From Octopus sinensis (Eukaryota): a stretch of 64,000 nucleotides of DNA. The stretch's first letter is position 1. The number at the start of each line of letters is the position of its first letter. Made by a program: the position numbers and the translations under genes. The notes under the pieces are model-generated. The model had not been told where the DNA came from and did not search any database. It worked only from the letters and a program-made list of their open reading frames with translations. Of the stretch, positions 26,731-40,490 are shown one piece after another. The DNA lies in the NCBI RefSeq assembly GCF_006345805.1, contig NC_043021.1, positions 6,510,001 through 6,574,000 on the forward strand. The letters are read 5' to 3'.

Positions 26731-27240
26731 TCTATATATATAAAACTATAGTTGTGTGAGTGTCTGTCCCCTTCGATTTAGATTCCTAACTACTCCCACA
26801 TTTTGCGGTGCAGTTTAACCAAATTCGGGTATCTTATAGTCGTGATTCATATCGAGCCCGTCTAGCTATTAGGGCGCGTCTACGATGAGTCTACGATTTT
26901 AAAAATAATTTAACGTCATTTTTTATTCCATTTTAATGCATAATTTTTCGTGTGTCGATGGCGGCGGAGTTGGCGTCCACGCTCACAGCTGCACCTGTTT
27001 GCTTCTCCCCCTTCCCTCCCTCGTGAAGCTGTGGGGAAGGGAGTGTAAGGAAATCAACGTCGTAAAGCGTTGTCAAGGAGACCAGCGTTCTTTTAGAACA
27101 ACGACTTCATGGCTTGAAGACACCAAAACAGAAATGGCTAAGAAAGCCCGAATTGGCATCTATAAGGGAAGTAACTCTCTAAAAATGCTTATATAGTTAT
27201 TTCCCTTACAAACCCGAGCAACGCCGGGCGATACTGCTAG
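26731..27240 (+). mobile_element. Non-autonomous Helitron
   Basis: Starts A|TCTATATATATAAAA and ends with hairpin CCCG-AGCAACGC-CGGG then CTAG|T (A|T target, no TSD). A related copy lies at 36332. Confidence 0.9.
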
Positions 27241-27299
27241 TATATATATATAAGTATTCAAATGTGTGTGTATTTTTATTTTATATTTATATTTATTTA

Positions 27300-28600
27300 T
27301 AACTTAACATTATCTACTTTATAATCTTTGATGAAGCCGAAGCCTAGAGATATACCCGAGTACCTCATTTTCATCTGCCTATTACTTCACCCCACTTGAG
27401 TAATAAAGGTAGAATTAAAGAATTAAGGAGAAGAAAGCCTTTCATTTAAACTTGTCGGTGACATGGCGCCATGTTCGAACATGGAATGTTGTTCCCTCAT
27501 TTTCCTTGAGAATGTGCGCCCATAGTGTGCAGTGATGCCACACGCTGATAAGTGAGTGATGAAACGGCTTGTAATGTTGAAGTGGGTGACAAAAGGTTAG
27601 CCAGAGATGAGTAGTAATATGGTTTGAATAGACTCCTGGAGGCAATCGGCAAAGCATTGTCCTGTCTCACCGATAGTAAAGGGTACTGCAAATTTGCCTA
27701 TACTCTACTCTTTTACTCTTTTACTTGTTTCAGTCATTTGACTGTGGCCATGCTGGAGCACCGCCTTTAGTCGAGCAAATCTACCCCGGGACTTATTCTT
27801 TGTAAGCCCAGTACTTATTCTATCGGTCTCTTTTGCCGAACCGCTAAGTACGGGGACGTAAACACACCAGCATCGGTTGTCAAGCAATGCTAGGGGGACA
27901 AACTCAGACACACAAACACACATGCACATATATATATACATATATACGACAGGCTTCTTTCAGTTTCCGTCTACCAAATCCACTCACAAGGCATTGGTCG
28001 GCCCGAGGCTATAGCAGAAGACACTTACCCAAGGTGCCACGCAGTGGGACTGAACCCGGAACCATGTGGTTGGTTAGCAAGCTACTTACCACACAGCCAC
28101 TCCTGCGCCTATGATGTAATTTATAAGGTTAGGCGAGGTGAAAGAGAAATTTTGAGTAATATGAGATTGTGGCGGTCGTAGTATGATTAATGTAAGGGCA
28201 GATGTTGCCTCGTCGGCAAGCACATTTGTAACTATCGGATTTGTAGAGTTTCAAACTAGATTTCTGAGGTTCGTATCTGTTTTAAAGAAGAGGATAGAGG
28301 TGGTACAGGAAAGAAAGAAGTGGTTCCGGTGTCAGAAGTATAATGCAAAGGTTGCGGATGAGTTTATATTTCAGTGGAAGGGCGAACGGTTAGAAGGAGA
28401 GAGAGAGAGAGAGTGGAATACGATCAGTAGACGTGTGTAGAGACGGTAGGAGAGCGGTGGCGCAGTCGATGGCTTTGGCCTGGCAGAATGCCAGTCCACA
28501 ACAGATCGGGAATGCCTTTGACTCAGGAAGAATTCTCACATTGTTGGGTATTGGAAACCGAAATCTGAATCAATGCCGCAGAGCCGGAGAAGGAATTGAA
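27300..28600 (-). mobile_element. Highly decayed Penelope-like element (thumb/linker plus GIY-YIG) interrupted by SINE A
   Basis: Minus frames give FKTDTNLRNLV, CRRGNICPYINHTTT, then HITQNF..PNLIN|..ICSTLY/IGETGQCFADCLQE and RKMREQHSMFEHGAMSPTSLNER across the SINE. Confidence 0.7.
27705..28109 (-). mobile_element. SINE family A, full length, inserted in a PLE endonuclease region
   Basis: Family A consensus. GCCTAT occurs on both sides. Confidence 0.92.
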
Positions 28601-28867
28601 AAATAAATAAATAAATAAATGGCTGGATAACTGAAGAGATGGCGGCGTAGGTTTCCGCCCAAACATCCGAACCTCGGAGTTTTATCATGGCTACCGAATA
28701 ACTGTCACATATTACATTTACAGATAAATTCCCCTATTTACATAACATCGAGGTCTCTTTCATTCTTTTGTTGTCTTACCATTTCTATCAATATATATAT
28801 TTATTATTTTTTTTATTTTATCTAGTTTCAGCTCACGAGCCGTGGCCATGCTGGGGCACCGCCATTA

Positions 28868-28890
28868 AATATATATATATATAGAGAGAG

Positions 28891-28938
<48 letters not shown>

Positions 28939-28959
28939 GGATGGATGGATGGATGGATG

Positions 28960-29041
<82 letters not shown>

Positions 29042-29100
29042 GGGAGAGAGAGAGAGAGACAGACAGCAAGACAGAGACAGTAAGACAGAAAGAGAGACAT
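28868..29100. repeat. (GATA)n/(GATG)n/(GA)n microsatellite
   Basis: Direct reading. Confidence 0.95.
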
Positions 29101-29786
29101 AGAGAGAGGGATAACGGTAAGTATGACCAAGAGCAAAAAAGTGCGAAGGGATTTGGTGACAATATTTCCCAAGAACTGTGTGGAGCGAAATACTATTTCT
29201 CTTCGTTGTCAAAATTATTTATTGACAAATCTTTCTCTGCTTCATCCTTCAGTCATTTACTTTGCAAAATTGTTCTTTATTGAAAAACTTCAACGGCGAA
29301 TGTACTTTTATACACCAAAGAACTGCTTCGAAACACAAACTGTGCTAAATAGGAATCATCTCAAGAGATGGGAATTAAGATGAAGGAAATGAAATGGCGT
29401 GGAAAAGACGATATAGATAATGGAGAAGTAATGATTTCTTTTTCTGGTTTTTTTTTTGTTTTTTTAATCAGGTAAATATAATGAACTTTATTAGTTTATA
29501 ATAAATTTTAAAAATTTTGTTTCATATATTTTGTTAGATTTTCGACTGAACTTTTCTTTCCTTTGTTTTTTTGTTGTTTTTTTTTGTTGTTGTTGTTTCC
29601 TTCTTCTTTTTTTTTTTACTTTGACTTTCACCTAAAAATCTTGAGGCAGCCCCCCTGATTATGCTTCACTTCCGGGCAATCGAGAAAGTCAAATGAAATA
29701 ATTAAGAATTAGAGGAGAAGACTGCAACTCGAACCAACCAACCGAACGTTCAATTTGCATCTGTGTAAGTGTGCGTGTACGAATTA

Positions 29787-29817
<31 letters not shown>

Positions 29818-29820
29818 TGC

Positions 29821-29926
<106 letters not shown>

Positions 29927-30156
29927 GCATATATATATGTGTGTATGTATATATACGTGCACACGTACGCACGCACGGATACACTGACTCTAACACACGC
30001 ATCATCATACATCAGTGAGCCAGCAGCTATCGACTATCGTATTCCAAACGACGGTTAATCAGGTTATGACGTCATGGAAGGTTAAAAGAATCAATAGTTT
30101 ACAATTGATTAGCTATTCAAATATCGATCAATCGAAACTACATCTTGTAAAACAAC

Positions 30157-30510
30157 GATGACGACGATGATGATGATGGTGATGATGACGACGATGACGA
30201 TGATGATGATGGTGATGATGATGATGATGGTGATGATGACGATGATGATGATGATGATGATGATGATGTTGATGATGATGATGATGAGGATGATGATAAT
30301 AATAATAATAATAACAGAAACAACAGCAACCACAACAGTATTGATGGTGATGATAATAACAATAATAATAATATTAATAATAATAATAACAATAATAATA
30401 ATAATAATAATAACAATAATAATAATAATAATAACAACAATAATAATAATAATAATAACAATAATAATAATAATAATAACAATAATAATAATAATAATAA
30501 TAACAACAAA

Positions 30511-30545
<35 letters not shown>

Positions 30546-30558
30546 CAACAAAAATAAT

Positions 30559-30599
<41 letters not shown>

Positions 30600-30803
30600 C
30601 AATGATAATAATAATAATACAATAATAATAATAATAATAACAATAATAATAATAATAAACAATATAATATTAATAATACAACAATAATAATAATAATAAC
30701 AACAACAATAATATATAATAACAATATAATAATAATAATAATAAACAACAAAATATAATAATAATAATAATAATAATAATATATAATAATAATAACAACA
30801 ATG

Positions 30804-30868
<65 letters not shown>
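30157..30868. repeat. Long (GAT)n then (AAT/AAC)n compound repeat
   Basis: Direct reading. Confidence 0.97.
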
Positions 30869-30869
<1 letters not shown>

Positions 30870-30962
30870 CTCTATAGCCATTAAATTAGTTGTTTTTTAA
30901 ACAAACCAATCAATGGTTTCCATTAGTTTTCCACTGAACTCGTTTAGCAATTAGGTATTTGT

Positions 30963-31003
<41 letters not shown>

Positions 31004-31098
31004 TGTGTCTGTGTCTATGTCTGTGCTATAATGTGTTGTTATTAAATGTGTGTATGGGGGTTAGAATATGTAACGGTTTGTATAATATGTGTATTGCA

Positions 31099-31131
<33 letters not shown>

Positions 31132-31460
31132 GCCTGTTTATTGTGTAGCCTGTGAGGGTATATAAAGTGAGATACATGTATCAGCTTTAAAAGAGTATTG
31201 GAGATCTTAGTTGTGCTACCGTGTGAGACCATGGATCTCCACCGAGAAAGCTACACTCCAAGGCGCAATCCTAAGCAATTTTTTAAATAGAAGACTGAAA
31301 GCTGCTTATGCATAGAAGCCTACCCTTTCTATATCACCGATTGCTATCCAGTGGGAAAAGCATGGGTCCATACACCTTGGTATCATTGTCATCACCTGTG
31401 ATCCTGTCAGAGAACAAAGAACCGTAACAAATATGGTAAGGCATCTTAGTTAGTTTCTTA

Positions 31461-32330
31461 GTTACCTTCTCGAGTCAAAAGGGGCTGTTTCCCGGTTTCA
31501 GTGGCATAGAAATTCCCCACCTGGACGGGACGCTTGTCCGTCGCAGGATTACTCATTTTTACCAGCTGGGTGGACTGTTACCTTCTCGAGTCAAAAGGGG
31601 CTGTTTCCCGGTTTCAGTGGCATAGAAATTCCCCACCTGGACGGGACGCTTGTCCGTCGCAGGATTACTCATTTTTACCAGCTGGGTGGACTGTTACCTT
31701 CTCGAGTCAAAAGGGTCTGTTTCCCGGTTTCAGTGGCATAGAAATTCCCCACCTGGACGGGACGCTTGTCCTCGTCAGCAGATTACTCATTTTTACCAGC
31801 TGGGTGGACTGTTACCTTCTCGAGTCAAAAGGGGGGTTGTTTCCCGGTTTCAGTGGCATAGAAATTCCCCACCGGACGGGACGCTTGTCCGTCGCAGGAT
31901 TACTCATTTTTACCAGATGGGTGGACTGTTACCTTCTCGAGTCAAAAGGGGCTGTTTCCGGTTTCAGTGGCATAGAATTCCCCACCTGGACGGGACGCTT
32001 GTCCGTCGCATGATTACTCATTTTTACCAGCTGGGTGGACTGTTACCTTCTCGAGTCAAAAGGGGCTGTTTCCCGGTTTCAGTGGCATAGAAATTCCCCA
32101 CCTGGACGGGACGCTTGTCCGTCGCATGATTACTCATTTTTACCAGCTGGGTGGACTGTTACCTTCTCGAGTCAAAAGGGGCTGTTTCCCGGTTTCAGTG
32201 GCATAGAAATTCCCCACCTGGACGGGACGCTTGTCCGTCGCAGGATTACTCATTTTTACCAGCTGGGTGGACTGGAGCAACGTGAAAATGAAGTGTTTTG
32301 CTCAAGAACAACAACGCGTCGCCGGGTCCT
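31461..32330 (-). repeat. 7 x ~116-bp tandem array formed from the 3' part of a SINE
   Basis: Units start at 31461, 31577, 31693, 31811, 31928, 32042 and 32158. The last unit runs into GGAGCAACGTGAAAATGAAGTGTTTTGCTCAAG, shared with the SINE at 60820-60870. Confidence 0.92.
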
Positions 32331-32744
32331 TGATGTGGCAAGACGTCTTTTACCGGCTTTAATAATTATGAATATTTCACAATTTCAAAGTGACTAGAAA
32401 TCTTTTCTGCAGTCGGATTATTTCCGAAAATATCTTTATTAATAACATATTTTCGAATATTTATATTTTTAGATTCTATTTCATAACGAAATAAATACAA
32501 AAATGTGGATTTTGAATACTTTGTTATGTCTTTAGAGATATTTTTTTTTCATTGCAAATATGGTGGCTCGGGCTGTAATGGCGAGATCGGTCCAAAACGG
32601 ACAGAAGATCAAAAGGAAAAGAAAAGAAAAAAATTGCCACAGACAAAAGCAACATGTAAACTTTATTTCGGTGACCGAAAAAAGAAATACATTTTAATGG
32701 AAAACAATATTGGTTTCAAATTTTGGCACCAGGCTAACAAGTTC

Positions 32745-32769
32745 AGATAGAAAGAAAGATAAATAGATG

Positions 32770-32847
<78 letters not shown>

Positions 32848-32885
32848 AAGATAGATAGATAGATAGATTGATAGATAGATAGATT

Positions 32886-32936
<51 letters not shown>

Positions 32937-33100
32937 GAATGGATGGAAAGATACACACATGTATATATACATACATATCTAAATACAAGCGTTTATACAT
33001 ATATAGACACATACACATACACATATACATACATACATACATTCATACATACATACATACATATAAACATGCATACATACGTGCGTACATGCATGCATAC
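32745..33100. repeat. (GATA)n/(CATA)n microsatellite
   Basis: Direct reading. Confidence 0.93.
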
Positions 33101-34731
33101 ATATGATGTTCTGAAACACACGAGGCAGATATAATTAATATATAAATGTATGTGTGTGCGCGCGCGTGTGTGTGTGTGTTTGTGCGTGTGTGTGTGTGTT
33201 TGTGCGTGTGTGTGTGTGTGTGAAGTAAAACTAGCATACCAAGTAGAAAGAACCACTAGAAATCTCAAGTCACCAACAACCATTTCCATAACCACCGTAA
33301 CTAGATACACACCCGTACTATACTACCACCATATCACAACATATTTTACATATTACATCGCCAGCACCAGCACCAGCAGCAGCACCACCACCACCACCAC
33401 CACCACTTCTACCACTACCACCACCGCCGCCACCACCTGTACTTCTACTTACATACTCATTGAGTGATTGTTTAAAAACCAGTTGAACTAACGAACCGGA
33501 TTTCGAAACCGTCGTTCAGTTAATCTCTGAGCAAAGACTCCAGTGAAACATGTGTGAATTGGACCGACATCTCATTGAGAAAAATGAAAGAAATATATAT
33601 ATATATATATATACTGTGCCAATTTAAGTAGATACTCTGGAGAAAGACGAACAGACAGTCAGGTAGAGAGTGAGTGAGAGAGGGAGAGAGATCGAAAGAG
33701 TGAGAGAGTATGAGAGATAGATAAGTAGAGACAGAGAGGCAGGCAGACAGGCCAACAGACAGATAGGCAGACAAATAGATAAATCGTGAGAGGGAGAGAG
33801 AGAGAGAGAAAGAGAGGGAGAAGGAGAGAGAGAAAGAGAGGGAGAAGGAGAGAGAGAAAGAGAGGCAGGCAGACAGAAAGGCTGACAGACAGACAAATAG
33901 ACGGATCGAGAGGGAGAGAATGAGAGAGAGAGAATGAGAGAGAGAGAGAGAGAATGATAGATAGGTAGACAGACAGACAGACAGATAGATAGATAGATAG
34001 ATAGTTAGAGAGAAAGAGAGAGAGAGAGAGAGAGAGTGAGAGAGAGAGAGTGAGAGAGAGAGAGAGTGAGAGAGAGAGAGTGTGAGTGAGAGAGAAAGAG
34101 GCAGGCAGGCAGACAGATAAATAGGCAAATATGCACACACATAAACACACGTACATAACATTACATAATAATACGTTACAGTCATGCATACACGCATACA
34201 TACATTAGATCCATAATGTATACATACACATATATTACATATATTCATACATGCACACGTACATATTCATACATACATTCATACATACGTACATACATAC
34301 GTACATACATACATACATACATACATACATACATACATACATACATACATACATACATACATACATACGTATAATGAAGCATGAACTCAAGGCTTACAAA
34401 GTGAAAAATTCCGCTTTCGGAAACTAGTCTTGCAAAGAGCCAATATAAACCACAAGTTTTCTTCTAGTCCCAAATCCGTCTATTGGAGATGAGATTTAAA
34501 AATAACTTACAAAAACGTACGTCTTCCCGGGAGGGAATCATTCTGGTCGTTAAGATTTGAAATGATAAAGCAAGAATCCTGTGTCATCGTCGGCAGTAAA
34601 ACTTATTTGATCGACTCTGAAACTTTCACGAATGTTGCAGGAGAGCTACGTCAGGAAAAACTCCAGGAAGAGACCTCATAGTTGGCTACTGATACAAGAT
34701 ATTGACTTTTAATTTTTAATATATACATATA

Positions 34732-34893
34732 GGCGCAGGAGTGGCTGTGTGGTAAATAGCTTGTTTACCAACCACATGGTTCCGGGTTCAGTCCCACTGC
34801 GTGGCACCTTGGGCAAGTGTCTTCTACTATAGCCTCGGGCCGACCAAAGCCTTGTGAGTGGATTTGGTTGACGGAAACTGAAAGAAGCCTGTC

Positions 34894-34932
<39 letters not shown>

Positions 34933-35155
34933 GCGTGTGTGGGTTTGTGTGTCTGTGTTTGTCCACCTAGCATTTCTTGACAACCGATGCTGGTGTGTTA
35001 ATGTCCCCGTAACTTAGCGGTTCGGCAAAAGTGAACGATAGAATAAGTACTGGGCTTACAAAAGAATAAGTCCTGGGGTCGAGTTGCTCGATTAAAGGCG
35101 GTGCTCCAGCATGGTCGCAGTCAAATGACTGAAACAAGTAAAAGAGTAAAAGAGA
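34732..35155 (+). mobile_element. SINE family A, full length
   Basis: Family A consensus. Confidence 0.92.
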
Positions 35156-35169
35156 GAGTAACGAGTATA

Positions 35170-35315
35170 TAAAAACCGCTGATATTTCAAAGAACTATGG
35201 AAGGCCAAACTCACATGAAAAAAGTAACTGGCTTGCCAAAGCAGGAGCAAATGTTATTGGCAAAAATGAAATCCCTGTCAAGACAGGGAACTATGAACCC
35301 ATAACCTGCCTTAAC
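35170..35315 (+). mobile_element. R4/Dong-like non-LTR RT fragment
   Basis: Frame reads SNWLAKAGANVIGKNEIPVKTGNYEPITCLNI, resembling the WLxxGxTxLIxK...NYRPITCLN motif. Confidence 0.55.
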
Positions 35316-35485
35316 ATAATCCTTTCCACTAAAGGCACAAGGCCTGAAATTTGGTGGGAAGGGACTAGTCAATTACATCGATCCCAGTGTTTCACTGACA
35401 CTTAATTTATCAACCCCGAAAGGATGAAAGGCAAAGTCGACCTCGGTGGAATTTGAACTCAACGTAGCGGGAGACGAAATACTGG
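35316..35485 (-). mobile_element. SINE family B, truncated
   Basis: ATAATCCTTTCCACTAAAGGCACAAGG..GTCGACCTCGGTGGAATTTGAACTC. Confidence 0.8.
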
Positions 35486-35507
35486 TAATGTTCAAACTGT
35501 ACACATG

Positions 35508-35940
35508 GGCGCAGGAGTGGCTGTGTGGTAAGTAGCTTGTTTACCAACCACATGGTTCTGGGTTCAGTCCCACTGCGTGACACCTTGGGCAAGTGACTTC
35601 TACTATAGCCCCGGGCCGACCAATGCCTTGTGAGTGGATTTGGTAGACGGAAACTGAAAGAAGCCCGTCGTATATATGTATATATTATATATATATATAT
35701 ATTATATATATATATATATATGCGTGTGTGTGTTTGTGTGTCTGTGTTTGTCCTCCTAGCATTGCTTGACAACCGATGCTGGTGTGTTTATGTTCCCGTT
35801 ACTTAGCGGTTCGGCAAAGAGACCGATAGAATAAGTACTGGGCTTACAAAAGAATAAGTCCCGGGGTCGAGTTGCTAGATTAAAGGCGGTGCTCCAGCAT
35901 GGCCGCAGTCAAATGACTGAAACAAGTAAAAGAATAAAAG
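35508..35940 (+). mobile_element. SINE family A, full length
   Basis: Family A consensus. Confidence 0.92.
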
Positions 35941-36331
35941 AGAGAGAGAGAGTATGCTGCCTGGACTAATTCCGTTGCGTGTCTGACGATATAATCATCG
36001 ATGAGCAGGAAGGTGGAAAAGGGAGGGTAAATAAATATGTGTTGTCCGAAGTAAAGTGCTGTTGGAAACTTGGTTATTGAAAGGCGTTCAATTCTATTCC
36101 CCATTCACGAGTAGCAACAACAGGCAAATATACATGCTGCTTTAGTTGCTGTCATTGAAAGGCTCGTGGAGACCTGGTCAATAATTTTCGCTCTTGTAAA
36201 TGAAAATGAAAGTAGAAAGATTGTCGATCTATTCGACATGAAAAATAACAACAACAACAAAAATGAAAAAATTAAAGAAAGAAAGAAGAAAATAACCTTC
36301 AAGACGCTGCGACAAAATGGTCGCAGTCTAA

Positions 36332-36725
36332 TCTTTATATATAAAAGTAAGGTTGTGTGTCTGTCTCCTACGATTTAGATTCCTAACTAGTCCCACATTT
36401 TGCGGTGCAGTTTAACCAAAACCGGGTATCTTATAGTCGTGATTCATATCGAGCCCTTCTGGGTATTAGCGCGCGTCTACGATGAGTCTACGGTTTTAAA
36501 AATAATTTACCATCATTTTTTCCATTTTATTGCATTTTTCGCCATTATATAAGGGAAGTAACTCTCTAAAAATGTCTACGATGAGTCAACGATTTAAAAA
36601 AAATTTACCATCATTTTTTTTCCATTTTTAATGCATTTTTTTGCTATTTTTTGGCTATAACTCTCTAAAAATGCTTTATAGTTATTTCCCTTACAAACCC
36701 GAGCAACGCCGGGCGATACTGCTAG
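36332..36725 (+). mobile_element. Non-autonomous Helitron (same family as 26731)
   Basis: Starts A|TCTTTATATATAAAA and has the identical terminal CCCGAGCAACGCCGGGCGATACTGCTAG|T. Internal duplication of the CTACGATGAGTC..AAAAATG block. Confidence 0.9.
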
Positions 36726-36862
36726 TGACTGATGCAAATGAAAGATAAAATATATTTTTTAAAAAACGAGAGGCTGAGAATATTTGGAATGACTTTAAGC
36801 ATAAAGTCTACTGGATCAGAACTGACCTGTCTACGCATCAACAACAACCTTAGTCATCACTC

Positions 36863-36912
<50 letters not shown>

Positions 36913-37336
36913 AAACTCCCTTCCCCTCTCTTTATGCCATATATATAAACCTATCTTGTTTTGTTCTGTTCACTTGCTCGACTGATGGATTGATTTAGTG
37001 CCAACTCTCGTATCTTAGAAACCATTTAAGTTAAAGAAATCCAATTTGTTTCATTCTATTTATATTTCACTGTTTTAGCAATGAACACTAAACAATATAA
37101 AATACATTTTTCATTTTTTTTTTTATTTATTTTCGAATTTTCTTCTCTTCCCGCTTTCTTCTTTTGAATTATTTGCGATTGTCACCATATTTGCAAAAAG
37201 ATCGAATTAATTTCATATTCGCCCCACTCGTAATGTTTCTATTTTCGTATCATTCTCTACCTCACTTCTTCCCGAATTCAAATTTTAATTCATTAATATT
37301 TCATAGTTGTCGGTCCATTTCGATTATTTGCTATTT

Positions 37337-37613
37337 CGAAGTTGTCTCCCCTACCTGTTTTGAACATATTTAAATATTTCTCCAGTGCTTACCTCTCCTC
37401 AGTGCAGGGTGCGTATTGATTAACTTTTTTTGTCGAAGTTGTCTCCCCTACCTGTTTTGAACATATTTAAAAATTTCTCCAATGCTTACCTTTCCTTAGT
37501 GCAAGGTGCGTATTGATTAATTCTTCTTTTCGAAGTTGTCTCCCCTACCTGTTTTGAACATATTTAAATATTTCTCCAGTGCTCATCTCTCCTCAGTGCA
37601 GGGAGCGTATTAA
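37337..37613. repeat. 3 x 97-bp minisatellite
   Basis: CGAAGTTGTCTCCCCTACCTGTTTTGAAC starts at 37337, 37434 and 37531. Confidence 0.9.
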
Positions 37614-37798
37614 CTCTTCTTGTTTATTACATCTAAATGTGTTAGAGATGACTTAACTAATTAGATCAGTACGCTGCCTGATTAGATCAGTACACTGATT
37701 AATTAATTAGATTAATACACTGCCTGATTATATTCAACATAATATCCATCCATCCATCCATCCATCCATCCATACATACATACATACATACATACATA

Positions 37799-38000
37799 TT
37801 GGGTTGTCCGGAAAGTTCGTGCCGATTTTTAAAGGAAAGAAAAAGGTAAATAAATACTTGCCATTACATTTTTAATCAACCAAATACAAACCATTTTGTT
37901 GCACAATGCGTTTCCATCTTTCCTTTAACTTGAAAATACCCTCTTCTCAGAATTGAGGTGGTCTCATGGCAAAGAATTCGTCAAGGTTTCTTTTCACGTC
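37799..38000 (-). mobile_element. Tc1/mariner transposon 3' end (TIR plus transposase C-terminus)
   Basis: TA|TTGGGTTGTCCGGAAAGTTCGTGCCGATTT is TIR-like. The minus frame reads DVKRNLDEFFAMRPPQF*EEGIFKLKERWKRIVQQNGLYLVD*, matching the mariner GIxKLxxRWxxxVxxNGxY motif. Confidence 0.85.
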
Positions 38001-38175
38001 ATTTGACTGCAGCCATGGTGAAGCACTACTTTGAAGGGTTTTAGTCGAACAAATCGACCGCGCCTAATACTTATTCTATCGGACTCTTTTGCCGAAGCGC
38101 TAAGTTACGGGGACGTAAACACACCAGCACCGGTTGTCAAGCAATGATGTGGGTTCAAGCACTGATACAAAGATA

Positions 38176-38234
<59 letters not shown>

Positions 38235-38385
38235 GGCTGTGTAGTAAGTAGATTCCTTAACCATTACATGGTTCCGGGTTCAATCCCACTGCGTGGCACC
38301 TTGGGCAAGTGTTTGCTACAATAGTTTCGGACAGAGAAAAGCCTGTGAGTGAATTTGGTAGACGGGAACTGAAAAAAGCCTGTCG

Positions 38386-38449
<64 letters not shown>

Positions 38450-38822
38450 ATATGTGTGTGCATATGTTTGTATCTGTATTTATCACCCCGCGATCGTTTG
38501 ACAACCGATGCTCGTGTGTTTACGTCCTCGTAACTTAGCGGTTCGGCAAAAGAGACCGATAGAACAAGTACTATACTTACTACAAAAATAAGTTCTGGGG
38601 TCGATTTGTTCGGCTAAAGGTGGTGTTCCAGCATGGCCACAGTAAAATGACTGAAACAAATAAAAAAAATAATAAAATGGGCTCGTTTCAGTTTCTATCT
38701 ACCAGATTCACTCAAAAGGCTTTGGTAGGCTAAAATAGAAGACACTTGCCCAAGGTATCACGCAGTGAGACTGAACCCAGATCCATGAGATAGGGAAGCA
38801 AGTTTCTTACCACACAGCCACA
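38000..38822. mobile_element. Cluster of SINE family A pieces in mixed orientation
   Basis: Minus 3' half 38000-38150, plus copy 38235-38670, minus head 38680-38822. Confidence 0.8.
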
Positions 38823-39251
38823 CCTTTCTAGAGTCCGTCAAGACCAGTGTTTCTCAACTATTTTTTTTTTACCTGTGGAACCCTTTGATTCCTATGTTAC
38901 TCTCATGTACCCTCCTAGCCATTCTAGGTTTAAAAAAAAAACATTTTTATAATTAAATTTGGGCTTCAAATTTTGGCACAATGTCCTTAATTAGCTATTA
39001 CGTACTTTAATTACAACAACCATATTTGATTTGGCTTTTATTGTTCCTGTACTTTTCCACCCTCATATTGTTCTCTATTATTTGAGTTTTCAATATATTA
39101 TTTAACAATCTATTTCTTTCTAAACTTCTTAATTAGTTTCACTCATTTTCCATTGTTAATCATCTTTAATAAATTATATTTAATTACCTTTCGTTTGCAT
39201 ATGTTTACTGTATTATTTCTTTTTCTCTGGAGAAATATCCTAAGCTTTAAT

Positions 39252-39638
39252 GGAATGGAAGCACTCCGTCGGTTACGACGGCGAGGGTTCCGGTTGATCC
39301 GATCAACGGAACAGCCTGCTCGTGAAATTAACGTGTAAGTGGCTGAGCACTCCACAGACACGTGTACACTTAGCGTAGTTCTCGGGGATATTCAGCGTGA
39401 CACAGAAAGTGACAAGGCCGGCCCTTTGAAATACAGGTACATCAGAAACAGGAAGTAAGAGTGAGAGAAAGTTGTGGTGAAAGAGTACAGCAGGGATCAC
39501 CACCATCCCTGCCGGAGCCTCGTGGAGCTTTAGGTGTTTTCGCTCAATAAACACTCACAACGCCCGGTCTGGGAATCGAAACCGCGATCCTATGACCGCG
39601 AGTCCGCTACCCTAACCACTGGGCCATTGCGTCTCCAC
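39252..39638 (-). mobile_element. SINE family C with 15-bp TSD
   Basis: ATCCTAAGCTTTAAT at 39237-51 and 39639-53. Confidence 0.93.
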
Positions 39639-39929
39639 ATCCTAAGCTTTAATTTATTGATAACATATAATTCCTATTATAAAGCCATTAACTGGCAGTT
39701 CCACTACATACCCGTTAGTACCACGATATACCTTACCATTTTAGCCTTAACTGACAGTTTCTTTCGCTTAAATTTTCATTTTGCCAAAATTTTCAATTTC
39801 TTTTGCTGTAAACACCAACTTAACTCAGCTCCCCCGACCCACCCAAGTAACCGGCAGACATCTGATACCTAGGTAATCATCTTTCGTTAAAGTCCTCCTT
39901 CCCCCTCCGTCGTCTTTCTTTTCCACTCT

Positions 39930-40490
39930 AGGCACAAGGCCCAAAATTTGTGGGCAGGGGACCAGTCGATTAGATCGACTCCAGTATGCAACTGGTACTT
40001 AATTTATCGACTCCAAAAGGATGAAAGGCAAAGTCGACCTCGACGGAATTTGAACTCAGAACGTAAAGACAGACGAAATACTGCTAAGCATTTCGCCCGG
40101 CGTGCTAACGTTTCTGCCAGCTCGCCCCCTCCGTCTTCTTTACCTCACACCTTCATCTGAGTTCTTTTTAGTCTGTCTTCCTTTCTTTTCTCTCCTTGGT
40201 TACTTTTCTCTTGGTTCTTTTCTCTTCTTGGTTACTTACGACTTTTGATAATTAATGCCTGAACTAAGGCAGCTAGCTGGCAGAATCGTTAACACTCCGG
40301 GCAAAATGCTTTACGACATATCGTCTCTCTTCGTGTCCTGATTTCAAATTCCGTTGCGGTCAACATTGCTTTTTATCCTTTCGGAGATCGATAAAATTAA
40401 GTACCAGTCTGAACACTGGGGTCAATTTAATCGACTTAGTCCCTCTCCTGTACCTTCTGTCCTTGTACCAAAATTAGAAACCAATAATTA
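39930..40490. mobile_element. Two SINE family B copies, head to head
   Basis: Minus copy 39930-40130 and plus diverged copy 40265-40490. Confidence 0.75.

Noticed and set aside
31461-32273. CRISPR-like regular array, or multimeric hammerhead satellite
   Set aside because: Units are contiguous and near-identical with no unique spacers, there are no cas genes and the context is eukaryotic. No CUGANGA..GAAA core is present on either strand.
33525-33560. CTGAGCA..GAAAC-ATGT-GTG hammerhead-like string
   Set aside because: Core mismatch, disallowed GUG triplet and no clear helix I.
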